A stretch of 64,000 bases of DNA, taken from the NCBI GenBank assembly GCA_023267595.1, contig JAHFNB010000003.1, positions 66,165-130,164 on the forward strand. Direction: 5' to 3'. This document shows, piece by piece, positions 1 to 9,523 of the stretch. The DNA comes from a bacterium (GTDB taxonomy: Bacteria > Patescibacteriota > Minisyncoccia > Phycocordibacterales > UBA5272). Position 1 is the stretch's first letter, and each line of letters opens with the position of its first letter. The translations under genes were made by a program, and so were the position numbers. Below the pieces are notes generated by a model that saw only the letters and a program-made list of their open reading frames with translations, had not been told where the DNA came from and made no database searches.

Positions 1-1330
1 ATAACGCATAGCGAAGTGGCCATAATACATTTCCTTTTCCATGTTCTTCTGCATATGGCATAATAGCCTGTTTAATAGATTCAATACTTGAAAAATCTGT
101 TGTAGGTAACAATCGTTGAACTTCTTCTAAATACATTTTGGAAGTTTGTGGAAGATCATCTTTCCAAACTACTTGTTCTATATCAATATCTGGAGGATCA
201 ATAAAAAATCTAAAATCAGATTGCTCGATATTTACAAGTTCACCATATATAGAAATACGATCAATAATATGAGGAAGTAATTTTTTCAACAATACATCTC
301 CGTATGCTTTCATATATGGCCGTACAGACTCTAATTGTGCCTCTTCAGACTGTTTCTTTATATGTTCTTTATTTATCCAACGTAACTTCTCTTCATGAAG
401 TTCAGCACCACTTTTATGAATACGTGCTATATCAAAATTTTTAATAAATTCTTCTGGTGTAAAAATCTCTTGCTCACCGCCTGCATTCCAACCCAAAAGT
501 GCGAGAAAGTTTATGATTGCATCAGATAAAAAACCATCACGACGATAATCCAAGATATCTTTTGCTCCATCACGTTTTCCTAATTTCTTTGTCCCCTCTT
601 CACCTAAGATTGGTGGAAGTGTTACAAATACTGGTGGTGTAATTTCAAGAGCATCATATAAAGAAAGATATTTTGGAGTAGATGCAATAAACTCATCTGC
701 GCGCATAATATGTGTTACCCCCATTTCTAGATCATCAATGATATGTGCAAAATTATACGTTGGATAGCCATCACTTTTTATAAGAATAAAATCATCAAGT
801 GCTTCTACTCCAGCGGATAACTCTCCACGTACTGCATCTGTCCATGTATATTCTTTTAGAACAGGTACTTTAAAACGAAGTGGCTTCTTACCGTCCCATT
901 CATCAAACTCCTCTGGTCTATAATCACGATAAAGAAATGCCTTTTTTACTTCTTTGGCATGATTGCGAAATTTCTCTATTTCTTCTTCAGAAAATGGATC
1001 AGGGTATGCAAATCCTTTTTCAAGCAAAATACGTGCATATTTTTCATATCTATCAAGGCGTTGTGATTGAAGATATGGTGCATGTTCTCCACCAATATCT
1101 GGTCCTTCATCCCACGTAATACCTAACCATCGTAATGACTCTATAATATGTTCTAGAGAACCTTCTACTTCTCTTACTTTATCAGTATCTTCTATACGAA
1201 GAATAAAAGTTCCTTTATGTTTCTTTGCCCATGCCCATGCATAAAGTGCAGTTCGTACCCCACCTACATGCATAAATCCTGTGGGACTTGGAGCAAACCG
1301 TGTAACAATTTTTTTCGTAGATTCTGACAT
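1..1330 (-). CDS. gltX: glutamyl-tRNA synthetase, N-terminal ~443 codons; 3' end runs off the window start
   Basis: The minus-strand translation from the ATG at 1330 reads MSESTKKIVTRFAPSPTGFMHVGG, which contains the class I HIGH motif. A KLGKRDG (KMSKS-like) motif lies further downstream. This ORF is missing from the ORF track because it is edge-truncated. Confidence 0.85.
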   Translation of the reverse strand, partial: MSESTKKIVTRFAPSPTGFMHVGGVRTALYAWAWAKKHKGTFILRIEDTDKVREVEGSLEHIIESLRWLGITWDEGPDIGGEHAPYLQSQRLDRYEKYARILLEKGFAYPDPFSEEEIEKFRNHAKEVKKAFLYRDYRPEEFDEWDGKKPLRFKVPVLKEYTWTDAVRGELSAGVEALDDFILIKSDGYPTYNFAHIIDDLEMGVTHIMRADEFIASTPKYLSLYDALEITPPVFVTLPPILGEEGTKKLGKRDGAKDILDYRRDGFLSDAIINFLALLGWNAGGEQEIFTPEEFIKNFDIARIHKSGAELHEEKLRWINKEHIKKQSEEAQLESVRPYMKAYGDVLLKKLLPHIIDRISIYGELVNIEQSDFRFFIDPPDIDIEQVVWKDDLPQTSKMYLEEVQRLLPTTDFSSIESIKQAIMPYAEEHGKGNVLWPLRYAL

Positions 1331-1333
1331 GAA

Positions 1334-2440
1334 TTATGAATGACTAAGTCCTATACGAATAAGTTCACGCGCAATAATAGATGCTGCATTACGAGATGTT
1401 TCAAACTGTTTTCCACTCTGTGACATTTTTTCATATGTTACTTTGTCTTCTAAGATACGAGATATTTCCGTAAGCAAAATAGCATTCCCTATATTATTTT
1501 CTTCAAGAACCATAGCAACACCATGACTTGCCATTGTATACGCATTAGTTTTTTGATCTCGACTTACTTTTTCACCAATAGGAATAACTAGCATAGGTAA
1601 TTGCCATAATGCCATTTCAAACATAGCAGATCCAGCACGAGTAATAACCATATCTACTTTTGAATAAAATATTCCTGGGTCAATAAATCCATCCATAAAA
1701 TATCTATCTTTATACTGATGACTTTTCAAGATAGATTCTGTTACCTGCTTCATTTGAGTAAGATTATTTACCCCAACTTGATGAACAATATCATACTTGT
1801 TTAAAAGTTCTGGAAGCACACGTAGTATTGCTTCATTTATTGTCACACTACCCTGTGAACCGCCAAGTATTAAAATAACTGGACGTTCTTTACCTCCATA
1901 AATACGTTCGTACTCAGGTGGAGGTAATATTAAATCTCTAATTGGTTGTCCTGTTAACGCAATTTTTTCTTGTGGATAAAATCGACTTGCTTCTGCATAA
2001 GAAAGAGCAACACGTAATGCAAATTTCCCTGCCCATATAGTGGTACGTCCTGCCACAGTATCTGATTCATGAATAATAACAGGAATAGAGAGTAATCGTG
2101 CAGCAAAGAGATTTGGGAAACTGGCATATCCACCTTTCGCAAAGATAACATCAGGGTAAAGTGAGTACATTTTAAATACTGCAATAACACATCCAACAAT
2201 AGTTTTTAAAAATCCTGTAATAGTTTCTAATGATGGATACAAATGTAATTTTCCTGCAGGAATCTGTACAAACTTTATTTGTGATTCAAAAAGCATTTTT
2301 TCATCATATGGTTGATCAGAAAAAAAATAAATATCTGGTTGCACTATTTTTTGTACAAATACTTCTTTGCGAATACGTTCAACTACCGCAATAAGCGGAT
2401 AAAAATGTCCTCCTCCTGCGCCTGTAATTACTATTTTCAT
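1334..2440 (-). CDS. murG: UDP-GlcNAc:undecaprenyl-PP-MurNAc-pentapeptide GlcNAc transferase
   Basis: The 368-aa product has the N-terminal GAGGGHFYP motif typical of MurG. It lies directly downstream of ftsW and mraY. Confidence 0.85.
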   Translation of the reverse strand: MKIVITGAGGGHFYPLIAVVERIRKEVFVQKIVQPDIYFFSDQPYDEKMLFESQIKFVQIPAGKLHLYPSLETITGFLKTIVGCVIAVFKMYSLYPDVIFAKGGYASFPNLFAARLLSIPVIIHESDTVAGRTTIWAGKFALRVALSYAEASRFYPQEKIALTGQPIRDLILPPPEYERIYGGKERPVILILGGSQGSVTINEAILRVLPELLNKYDIVHQVGVNNLTQMKQVTESILKSHQYKDRYFMDGFIDPGIFYSKVDMVITRAGSAMFEMALWQLPMLVIPIGEKVSRDQKTNAYTMASHGVAMVLEENNIGNAILLTEISRILEDKVTYEKMSQSGKQFETSRNAASIIARELIRIGLSHS

Positions 2441-3537
2441 ACAAAATTATATGTTGATTTTGAAATATTAAGCAGTACCCCTAATTCGAAAAGTGCCGTC
2501 ATAAGTGCAGTACCACCATGAGAAATAAGAGGAAGTGGTACACCAGTTAACGGTGTAATACCAAGCATTGAACTTATATTTAATGTTGCTTGTGAAAGAA
2601 TAATCATTGTGATTCCAATAGCAAGAAGTCGCCCAAATTGGTCAGGAGAAAACTTAGCAATAAGATATCCCCTCATTGCTACTATAGCATATAGTGTAAT
2701 GATAAAAAGAACTCCTAAGAAACCAAGTTCCTCTCCTAAGACTGCAAATATCGAATCCCCTATTGGTTCCGGTAAATAGTTAAACTTCTGAACACTTTGC
2801 CCTAAACCTCGTCCTGTAATACCTCCACTACCAAGGGCAATAAGTGATTGATTAAGTTGCCATGAAGAACCACGTGGATCATGTGCACTATCTAGAAATG
2901 TCTTGACCCGCTCAAGCATGTAAGGACGAATAGCAATGATTGTTACAAATCCTAGTAACCCAAGCAAAATAAGTGCGTAAATCTGTTTCTTTCTAGCACC
3001 ACCCACAAAATAGGTGACAAATGATGCTGTCATAATGACAAGGTACGTACCAAAATCAGGCTGCGCAAGTAATAATACAGTAATTACTCCTGCACCAAGT
3101 GCGTACGGCAAAAACCCATAACGCCAATCTTTAAAATTATTTCTATGTCTTGCACACCATACAGCAACCACAAGTACAAAAGTAAACTTAAGCATTTCAC
3201 TTGGCTGAAGAGAAAGTGACCCAATATCTATCCAACGATGTGCACCTCCATGATAACGAGAAAGTCCTGGAACAAAGACAAGTGATGTAATACCCACTGC
3301 TAATCCAAAAAATATATATGCATATTTCTTATACCACATATATGGAATCATAATACCGATACATAGTGCGCATGCTCCACCTAATAATGCATAAACAAGT
3401 TGTGTTTCTATAACTGCATAAAACTTTGCTTCATTTACAGAAAGCACACCAAGTGCAGCAGAACCAAAAATTATAAGTCCTCCAATTAACAATAGAATTG
3501 TCGTAATAAGAAGTGTTTTATCAACGCGATCAAACAT
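2437..3537 (-). CDS. ftsW: SEDS-family peptidoglycan glycosyltransferase (FtsW/RodA)
   Basis: The 366-aa polytopic membrane protein is SEDS-like and sits between mraY and murG. Confidence 0.75.
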   Translation of the reverse strand: MFDRVDKTLLITTILLLIGGLIIFGSAALGVLSVNEAKFYAVIETQLVYALLGGACALCIGIMIPYMWYKKYAYIFFGLAVGITSLVFVPGLSRYHGGAHRWIDIGSLSLQPSEMLKFTFVLVVAVWCARHRNNFKDWRYGFLPYALGAGVITVLLLAQPDFGTYLVIMTASFVTYFVGGARKKQIYALILLGLLGFVTIIAIRPYMLERVKTFLDSAHDPRGSSWQLNQSLIALGSGGITGRGLGQSVQKFNYLPEPIGDSIFAVLGEELGFLGVLFIITLYAIVAMRGYLIAKFSPDQFGRLLAIGITMIILSQATLNISSMLGITPLTGVPLPLISHGGTALMTALFELGVLLNISKSTYNFV

Positions 3538-3543
3538 ATAGGG

Positions 3544-4614
3544 TTAACTAATAAGCACAATAATAACCCCAAGAAGTGCACACATATACGACACTATCCA
3601 ATAACGCATAGTAACTTTATGGGCAGGCCATCCTTTTGCTTGAAAATGATGATGCAGTGGTGCAACTAGAAATAGTTTCCGTTTAAAAACTTTTTTCCAT
3701 ACAAGTTGTAAGATAACTGAAAGTGTCGTTACAACAAGCGGTAAAGCAATAATAGGTAAATACATAACTGCATTTGTAAGAAAAGCAATCACGGAAAGTG
3801 AAAGTGACAAAGCAAGCATCCCTGTTTCCGTTAAGTAAAAAAGTGCTGGAGGAATATTAAACCACAAGAATGCCATAATACCGCCCAATATAACAAAACA
3901 TAATGCTGCTATATCTACCTGTCCATGTGCATAGGCTATCATGCCATAGGCAGTAAATACAGCAGACATAACACCACCTGATAATCCATCTATTCCATCA
4001 ATAACCCCTGTCGAAAATGTTGCAAGAGTTACAACAACAAAAAAGAGTATAAAAAGTAATCCTCCTAAATAGAGATTGCCATAAAAAGGCATATATACGT
4101 AGTCAACGCCTAGTTTTGCATAAAACCACCATCCTGCAAATAATCCTAAAGATGCAACGGCAAGTATTCGTATTGGAAACGAAAGTCCACCACCGATATA
4201 AGAATTAAACTTACTTCCAAAGGCTTCAACAACTAAAAGATCATCGAGCATTCCAACAATTGCCCCTACAAACATTGCCATAAGTGGTAACCATGTTTGA
4301 TTACGAGAAATAAAAACTAGTTTTTCAGTAAATGTAGTTGGATACACTTTTGAAAGTCCCCAGAATAAAAGAGCAGTAATAAACACTGATGTCCAAACTA
4401 CAATACCCCCCATACGTGGCACATGAACTTTTTCATCATTATGAAGCATTGCAGAAATAGTTGCTTCTTTACCATCTATTGTTTTGGTGACATTTTTCTT
4501 TTTCCAAAGTTCATGCCGTACTAAAAAACGCCCAATCGATGGCGCAAGTACGATACCAATCATGAAAGAAACAATAGCCGGAAGTAGTACTTTAAACGGA
4601 TCTAGTGCAAACAT
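3544..4614 (-). CDS. mraY: phospho-N-acetylmuramoyl-pentapeptide transferase
   Basis: This is a polytopic membrane protein with DDLLVV and PLHHHFQ motifs characteristic of MraY. Confidence 0.85.
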   Translation of the reverse strand: MFALDPFKVLLPAIVSFMIGIVLAPSIGRFLVRHELWKKKNVTKTIDGKEATISAMLHNDEKVHVPRMGGIVVWTSVFITALLFWGLSKVYPTTFTEKLVFISRNQTWLPLMAMFVGAIVGMLDDLLVVEAFGSKFNSYIGGGLSFPIRILAVASLGLFAGWWFYAKLGVDYVYMPFYGNLYLGGLLFILFFVVVTLATFSTGVIDGIDGLSGGVMSAVFTAYGMIAYAHGQVDIAALCFVILGGIMAFLWFNIPPALFYLTETGMLALSLSLSVIAFLTNAVMYLPIIALPLVVTTLSVILQLVWKKVFKRKLFLVAPLHHHFQAKGWPAHKVTMRYWIVSYMCALLGVIIVLIS

Positions 4615-4663
4615 ATACTAAGTATATCATACGAAAATCCCAAAAAGTCCTTGTGTATAAACC

Positions 4664-5602
4664 CTACTTTTGCTTTATTGGTTCTATACTTTTTTGTAAT
4701 GCTTTATAAAGAGTAACTATATCAGAAAAACGCCCATCACGAGTTGACCCAAGAACTACAATAACTACAGGGTGTCCTACAGTTGTATCTACAACAACTG
4801 CCAAGTTACCACCTGCACTATCAGTAAATCCCGTTTTTGAGGCTTCTGTGCCCAATAGTTCTTCTATTTCTTGATTTGTATTTGGGATACCAATTATTTT
4901 TCCTGTACTTGCAGTAACCGTCACACGATTATGTGTTGTTGCATCAAGAATTTCTGGATATTTCTTTCGTGCAATTGCAAAAAGTTTTGCAACATCAAGT
5001 GCAGACCCCTCGCCTCCTAATACAGGACCATCGTCTAATCCTGCAGGATGATTAAAATAAAGTGTTGTTAAACCTAATAATGTTGCGTCATTATTCATAT
5101 CTTTTACAAATGCCTTACGCCCCCCTAGTCCATCTGCAATCGCGAGGGCTCCATCATTAGAAGAAAAAACAAGTGTGTACTTCAGAAGTTCCCCTAACTT
5201 CCACACCTGATTCTTCTTAAGACCTAGATCATATGCTCCGTCAATACTTTCTTTATGTATGGTAACACTTGTTTTTGTATCATGATGAGTAAGTGCAGTT
5301 ATCATAGTCATTATTTTTGTAATACTTGCAAGAGGAAGTGTGTCATTCTCATGTTTTCCAGAAATAATTTTTTTATCAACAATATCATATACAACATAGG
5401 CTTTTGCATTCACAGTAACAGATGAAAATGCTTGCGAAGCATAGAGTGATGAATCTTTTTGTGTCGTCTCTTGTGGAATAATAAATCCAAATCGTGACGT
5501 TTTTACAGGATATGCAATTGTAGAAAGACATAATAATGTCACAATAGCAGTGACATAAATAAATGATAACTCTATGTAATCATGACGTGCGCGATTGATC
5601 AT
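4664..5602 (-). CDS. D-alanyl-D-alanine carboxypeptidase (serine-type, PBP5/6-like)
   Basis: It has an N-terminal transmembrane/signal segment and an ASITK SxxK active-site motif. The length and layout match S11 peptidases. Confidence 0.65.
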   Translation of the reverse strand: MINRARHDYIELSFIYVTAIVTLLCLSTIAYPVKTSRFGFIIPQETTQKDSSLYASQAFSSVTVNAKAYVVYDIVDKKIISGKHENDTLPLASITKIMTMITALTHHDTKTSVTIHKESIDGAYDLGLKKNQVWKLGELLKYTLVFSSNDGALAIADGLGGRKAFVKDMNNDATLLGLTTLYFNHPAGLDDGPVLGGEGSALDVAKLFAIARKKYPEILDATTHNRVTVTASTGKIIGIPNTNQEIEELLGTEASKTGFTDSAGGNLAVVVDTTVGHPVVIVVLGSTRDGRFSDIVTLYKALQKSIEPIKQK

Positions 5603-5604
5603 AC

Positions 5605-6111
5605 CTACAAAGTCCGTGATGTTAATTTTTCTACAAGTGAGGTGTGAATTGATTCATAATCAGGTAATTCTTCTATTTTTGTAATACCTAGATGCTTCAT
5701 AGCATCCCCCGTTAAGGTGCACACTTCACCATTTCGAGTAATAAGACCTCGAACAGTAAGTGTACGGATAGACTGTGCTGATTGCACACCACGAATATAC
5801 GAAATATTTTCTCGTGTTGCTTCACCCAAATATGCAACTAATGTAAGAACTTGTAATGTTGATGGTGTTAAATCTCCTTGCAATTCTTCTGTCCAAAATG
5901 CTTCCACCAATGATGCTTGTGATGGATCTGTCACGATAGATAATTCATTATTGGTATGGAGAAGCGCTAAACCAACTGCATGAAGTGCATCTTCAAGTGA
6001 AGAAATATTATTTTTTACATCATCTATACCTACCCCAAGTATCTTTGCAAGTGTTGGTATAGAAATGGCTTCTCCTGAAAGGAATAAAATAGTAATAATT
6101 TTCTGAAGCAT
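5605..6111 (-). CDS. scpB: segregation and condensation protein B
   Basis: The N-terminus reads ...ILFLSGEAISIPTLAKILGV, an ScpB-like winged helix. It is immediately downstream of scpA. Confidence 0.8.
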   Translation of the reverse strand: MLQKIITILFLSGEAISIPTLAKILGVGIDDVKNNISSLEDALHAVGLALLHTNNELSIVTDPSQASLVEAFWTEELQGDLTPSTLQVLTLVAYLGEATRENISYIRGVQSAQSIRTLTVRGLITRNGEVCTLTGDAMKHLGITKIEELPDYESIHTSLVEKLTSRTL

Positions 6112-6141
6112 ACTTGTTGTAAGTGTATCATAAGAAAATAT

Positions 6142-6876
6142 CTACTGATTTCCATTTGATATTACTTGATTTGTAATATGAATATCTCCTCCATCAACAC
6201 TTTGCTCTGCATTAATTGTACCCAAACGTAATAATTCAAGAAGTGCAATAAAATGTACAATGAGTAACTTTTTCTGCTCTTCTATTCCTTGTGCACCATT
6301 GGCTAATGTACTTAATGTCACCTCCTTTAAGGTACGTACTCGTTCTAATAATTTTTCGATAACATTTTCTATACGAAGTGCCTGTTCAACAGCAACTTTT
6401 ACAAGTTGTTTTGGTGTTACGAATGACTGAAGGGTTAACATAGCAATCGATTGAAGCATGGCACTTGTTACTCGAGGATCTGGTACAAAGACAGATCCAC
6501 CTTTATATGAAATACGTTCACGGTTATATAATTGATTTTTATTATACATGCCATCAATTCTCGCACAACAACCAACCAAGAGTGCATACAATTCCAACTT
6601 ATGTTCTAAATCATGAACCTGTTTTTCCTCTTCTTCTGTATATACAACACCAGGAAGCAATGACTTTGCTTTGATGAGCATAAGCGTAGAGGCAACCACA
6701 ATAAACTGAGAAATATCTACCAGATTTTTTTGATCAAGTGTTTTTATATATGCAATATATTCATCTGCAACTGATACAAGAGAAATCTCTGTAATCGACA
6801 ATTTCTTTTGGTCTATAAGTTCAAGTAATTTTGTATATGGCCCTTCAAATCTATCTAGTTTTACAGTAAATTCCAT
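6142..6876 (-). CDS. scpA: segregation and condensation protein A
   Basis: The 244-aa product has a kleisin-like N-terminus and is paired with scpB. Confidence 0.75.
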   Translation of the reverse strand: MEFTVKLDRFEGPYTKLLELIDQKKLSITEISLVSVADEYIAYIKTLDQKNLVDISQFIVVASTLMLIKAKSLLPGVVYTEEEEKQVHDLEHKLELYALLVGCCARIDGMYNKNQLYNRERISYKGGSVFVPDPRVTSAMLQSIAMLTLQSFVTPKQLVKVAVEQALRIENVIEKLLERVRTLKEVTLSTLANGAQGIEEQKKLLIVHFIALLELLRLGTINAEQSVDGGDIHITNQVISNGNQ

Positions 6877-6944
6877 ACACTACAGTCTACAGTTTACAGT
6901 CAACAGTTGCTAGTGAATTAATGTATATCTTTCTAAACTATTAA

Positions 6945-8081
6945 CTATTTAAGGATATCCCAAATAAGAGGATCATTTCCTCCGTCTATTTTAAATACAG
7001 ATACTCCACCTAATTTATAAAGTTTTGCTAGTCTAATTTTATCGGCTATAGCAACAGAATCTGAATACCATACGAGATACTGTCTATAACTACCAAGTGG
7101 TTGATTATCAACACCAGTGCTTGTTGCATACGTAAAACTTGCTTCTCCTGCACTATTACGCGTAGGTATCATTTGTAAAGATTTTACCAATGCATCTGCA
7201 TAATTAAAATTCATTGATCCGATACGAATATACTTTGTGGTAGTTGTTCCAATAGCAGGGATAATTTGATATTTATTCCCATATGTTGCAACTCCTAATA
7301 TTAATTTCTTCGCAGGAATATCACGAAGTGCAAGCGTAGCAATCTTTTCTACCCAATCAATATCTGCAACGGGTCTGTAGAGACCAACATCCCGTCTTTC
7401 AAACATAAGTTGTGCATCATCATCTGCTTGATCATATGCCATGAGACGTATTTGATCGCATGCACTACCTATTATTTTATAATCATTTGAATATTCAACT
7501 CGAGATAAAATTGCTTTTGATGTTGTTGCATATTTACTTTCAGGAGGAGTTCGTGCTTCTACTGTACAAATAAGTTTCTTTTTATCTTTATGAAGAGCCA
7601 CTGATAAATCGCGGAGAAAAACAGAAAAATATGGCTTTATTTCTGCTACTTTATTTTCATAATCAATATCTATACCATCAAAATTATATTTTCTAACAAG
7701 AGCCACAATATCTTTAATGTGTGCATCACGTTTCTTTTTCTGTGCCAAAAGAAGATATACTGCATTTTTTTCTTTTGCAGTTTGAGGATACGATAAAATA
7801 CTTGGATATATCTTTATATTCTTCTTTCGCGCTTCTTGTATAAGAAATGGCCATGGTTCTTCTTCTATTTTAAGAGCATTTTTGATTGTTCCATCACTTT
7901 GTAGTTCAAAAGCAAAAGGACTAATTTGTGTAATAGAATCAAGGTGAGCAAGTGTTGTACTTGCCCCTTCTGTCTTTCTCCAATATGGAATCCAGATTGC
8001 CTTATCAAAGGCAGTTGCAGCATGTACCTCCCCTAATAATCCTCCTACTGCTATTAAAAAATAAAGAGCATAACGTTTCAT
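6945..8081 (-). CDS. secreted glycoside hydrolase family 18 (chitinase-like) protein
   Basis: It has an N-terminal signal peptide (MKRYALYFLIAVGGLLGEVHA) and the FDGIDIDYE (DxxDxDxE) GH18 catalytic motif. Confidence 0.6.
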   Translation of the reverse strand: MKRYALYFLIAVGGLLGEVHAATAFDKAIWIPYWRKTEGASTTLAHLDSITQISPFAFELQSDGTIKNALKIEEEPWPFLIQEARKKNIKIYPSILSYPQTAKEKNAVYLLLAQKKKRDAHIKDIVALVRKYNFDGIDIDYENKVAEIKPYFSVFLRDLSVALHKDKKKLICTVEARTPPESKYATTSKAILSRVEYSNDYKIIGSACDQIRLMAYDQADDDAQLMFERRDVGLYRPVADIDWVEKIATLALRDIPAKKLILGVATYGNKYQIIPAIGTTTTKYIRIGSMNFNYADALVKSLQMIPTRNSAGEASFTYATSTGVDNQPLGSYRQYLVWYSDSVAIADKIRLAKLYKLGGVSVFKIDGGNDPLIWDILK

Positions 8082-8090
8082 TGAATTATA

Positions 8091-9497
8091 TTATGTAAAC
8101 GTTATTTTTAATTCTCGTAGTGTTTTCTCTGGTGCAGGAGATGGTGCATTCATTAGTAAATCCTTTCCTTCACCTGTTTTTGGAAATGCAATTACTTCAC
8201 GGATATTAGGTTCGTTGAGTAAAACCATAAGTAAACGATCAAGTCCCCATGCAATACCACCGTGAGGCGGTGTACCTGATGAAAGTGCAAGTATCATATG
8301 CTTGAAATTCTTTTCTATTTTTTCATCACTATATCCCATAATTTCAAATACACGACGGAGTAGAAGTGCATTATGATTTCGAATAGAACCACCACCTATT
8401 TCATATCCATTACATGCAATATCATATTGAGATGTCATAATTTCTCCAATATTTTTCTTATCTAACAAATCATTCATGTGAGAATTCTGTGGCGCAGAGA
8501 AAGGATTATGTGTGAATGTCCATTCACCTGTACCATCTACATTATCTGCACCTGTCTTTTCAAACATTGGAAAATCTACCACCCAACAAAATGCAAGGAG
8601 ATTATCATCTTCTTTATCTTCACGGATATCTGGTTTATCAGTTCCATATTTTTCCATTGCTTCTTTGTATGTAAGTACAGGAAATGGAACTGTTTGAATT
8701 CTTTTTTCTGGAAAAAGTTCAGTGACAAGTTTAATAAGAAGATCTTCATTTATTTTCATTACATCTTCTTTGGTAACAAAACTCATTTCCATATCAAGTT
8801 GTGTGAACTCTGGTTGTCTATCACCACGAGTATCTTCATCACGCATACATTTTGCAATTTGGAAATATCGTTCGAATCCTCCCGCCATTAATAACTGTTT
8901 ATATTGTTGTGGAGATTGTGGTAGTGCATAAAAACTCTTTGGCCATAAACGTGACGGTACTAAATAACTGCGTGATCCTTCTGGTGTTGGGTTTGTAAGT
9001 AGTGGTGTTTCTACTTCTATAAAATTTTCTGCATCAAAATAATCACGAATATATTTCACCACCTTGTGGCGGGTACGGATATTATGTTGTATACGAGTAC
9101 GACGTTGATCAAGGTATTTAAACTCAAGACGAACTTCTTCACCTACTTCATATCCATCAGTTGCAATATCAAATGCAGGCGTCATTGCTTCATTTAATAC
9201 TTCAATTGCCAAAACTTCAAGTTCTACATCTCCATTTATTACCCCCTCCTTAACATTTTTTTCTGGTCTCTTATTCACCTGTGCAGTAACGGCCAAAACC
9301 CACTCAGGACGGACTTTTTGGGCTTCTAGGAGGGCTACATCATGGTTTGGAAGAACTACTGCTTGTACCTTTCCTGTAGCATCTCTTAGGTCTAAGAAGA
9401 CCATCTTCCCTTGGTCACGACGAACATCTACCCAACCTTTTACAAGTACTTCTTTTCCAATAGAAGATGATATGTCTTTAATTAAAGTTCTTTCCAT
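8091..9497 (-). CDS. aspS: aspartyl-tRNA synthetase, short form without the insertion domain
   Basis: It is a class IIb enzyme with an N-terminal OB-fold. The motif FERYFQIAKCMRDEDTRGDRQPEFTQLDMEMSF matches AspRS rather than AsnRS. Confidence 0.8.
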   Translation of the reverse strand: MERTLIKDISSSIGKEVLVKGWVDVRRDQGKMVFLDLRDATGKVQAVVLPNHDVALLEAQKVRPEWVLAVTAQVNKRPEKNVKEGVINGDVELEVLAIEVLNEAMTPAFDIATDGYEVGEEVRLEFKYLDQRRTRIQHNIRTRHKVVKYIRDYFDAENFIEVETPLLTNPTPEGSRSYLVPSRLWPKSFYALPQSPQQYKQLLMAGGFERYFQIAKCMRDEDTRGDRQPEFTQLDMEMSFVTKEDVMKINEDLLIKLVTELFPEKRIQTVPFPVLTYKEAMEKYGTDKPDIREDKEDDNLLAFCWVVDFPMFEKTGADNVDGTGEWTFTHNPFSAPQNSHMNDLLDKKNIGEIMTSQYDIACNGYEIGGGSIRNHNALLLRRVFEIMGYSDEKIEKNFKHMILALSSGTPPHGGIAWGLDRLLMVLLNEPNIREVIAFPKTGEGKDLLMNAPSPAPEKTLRELKITFT

Positions 9498-9523
9498 AGT
9501 TTTATTCTACCTTAATATACTTA

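Noticed and set aside
880-1119. 79-aa plus-strand ORF
   Set aside because: It lies entirely antisense inside the gltX coding region, which has strong class I synthetase motifs on the minus strand.
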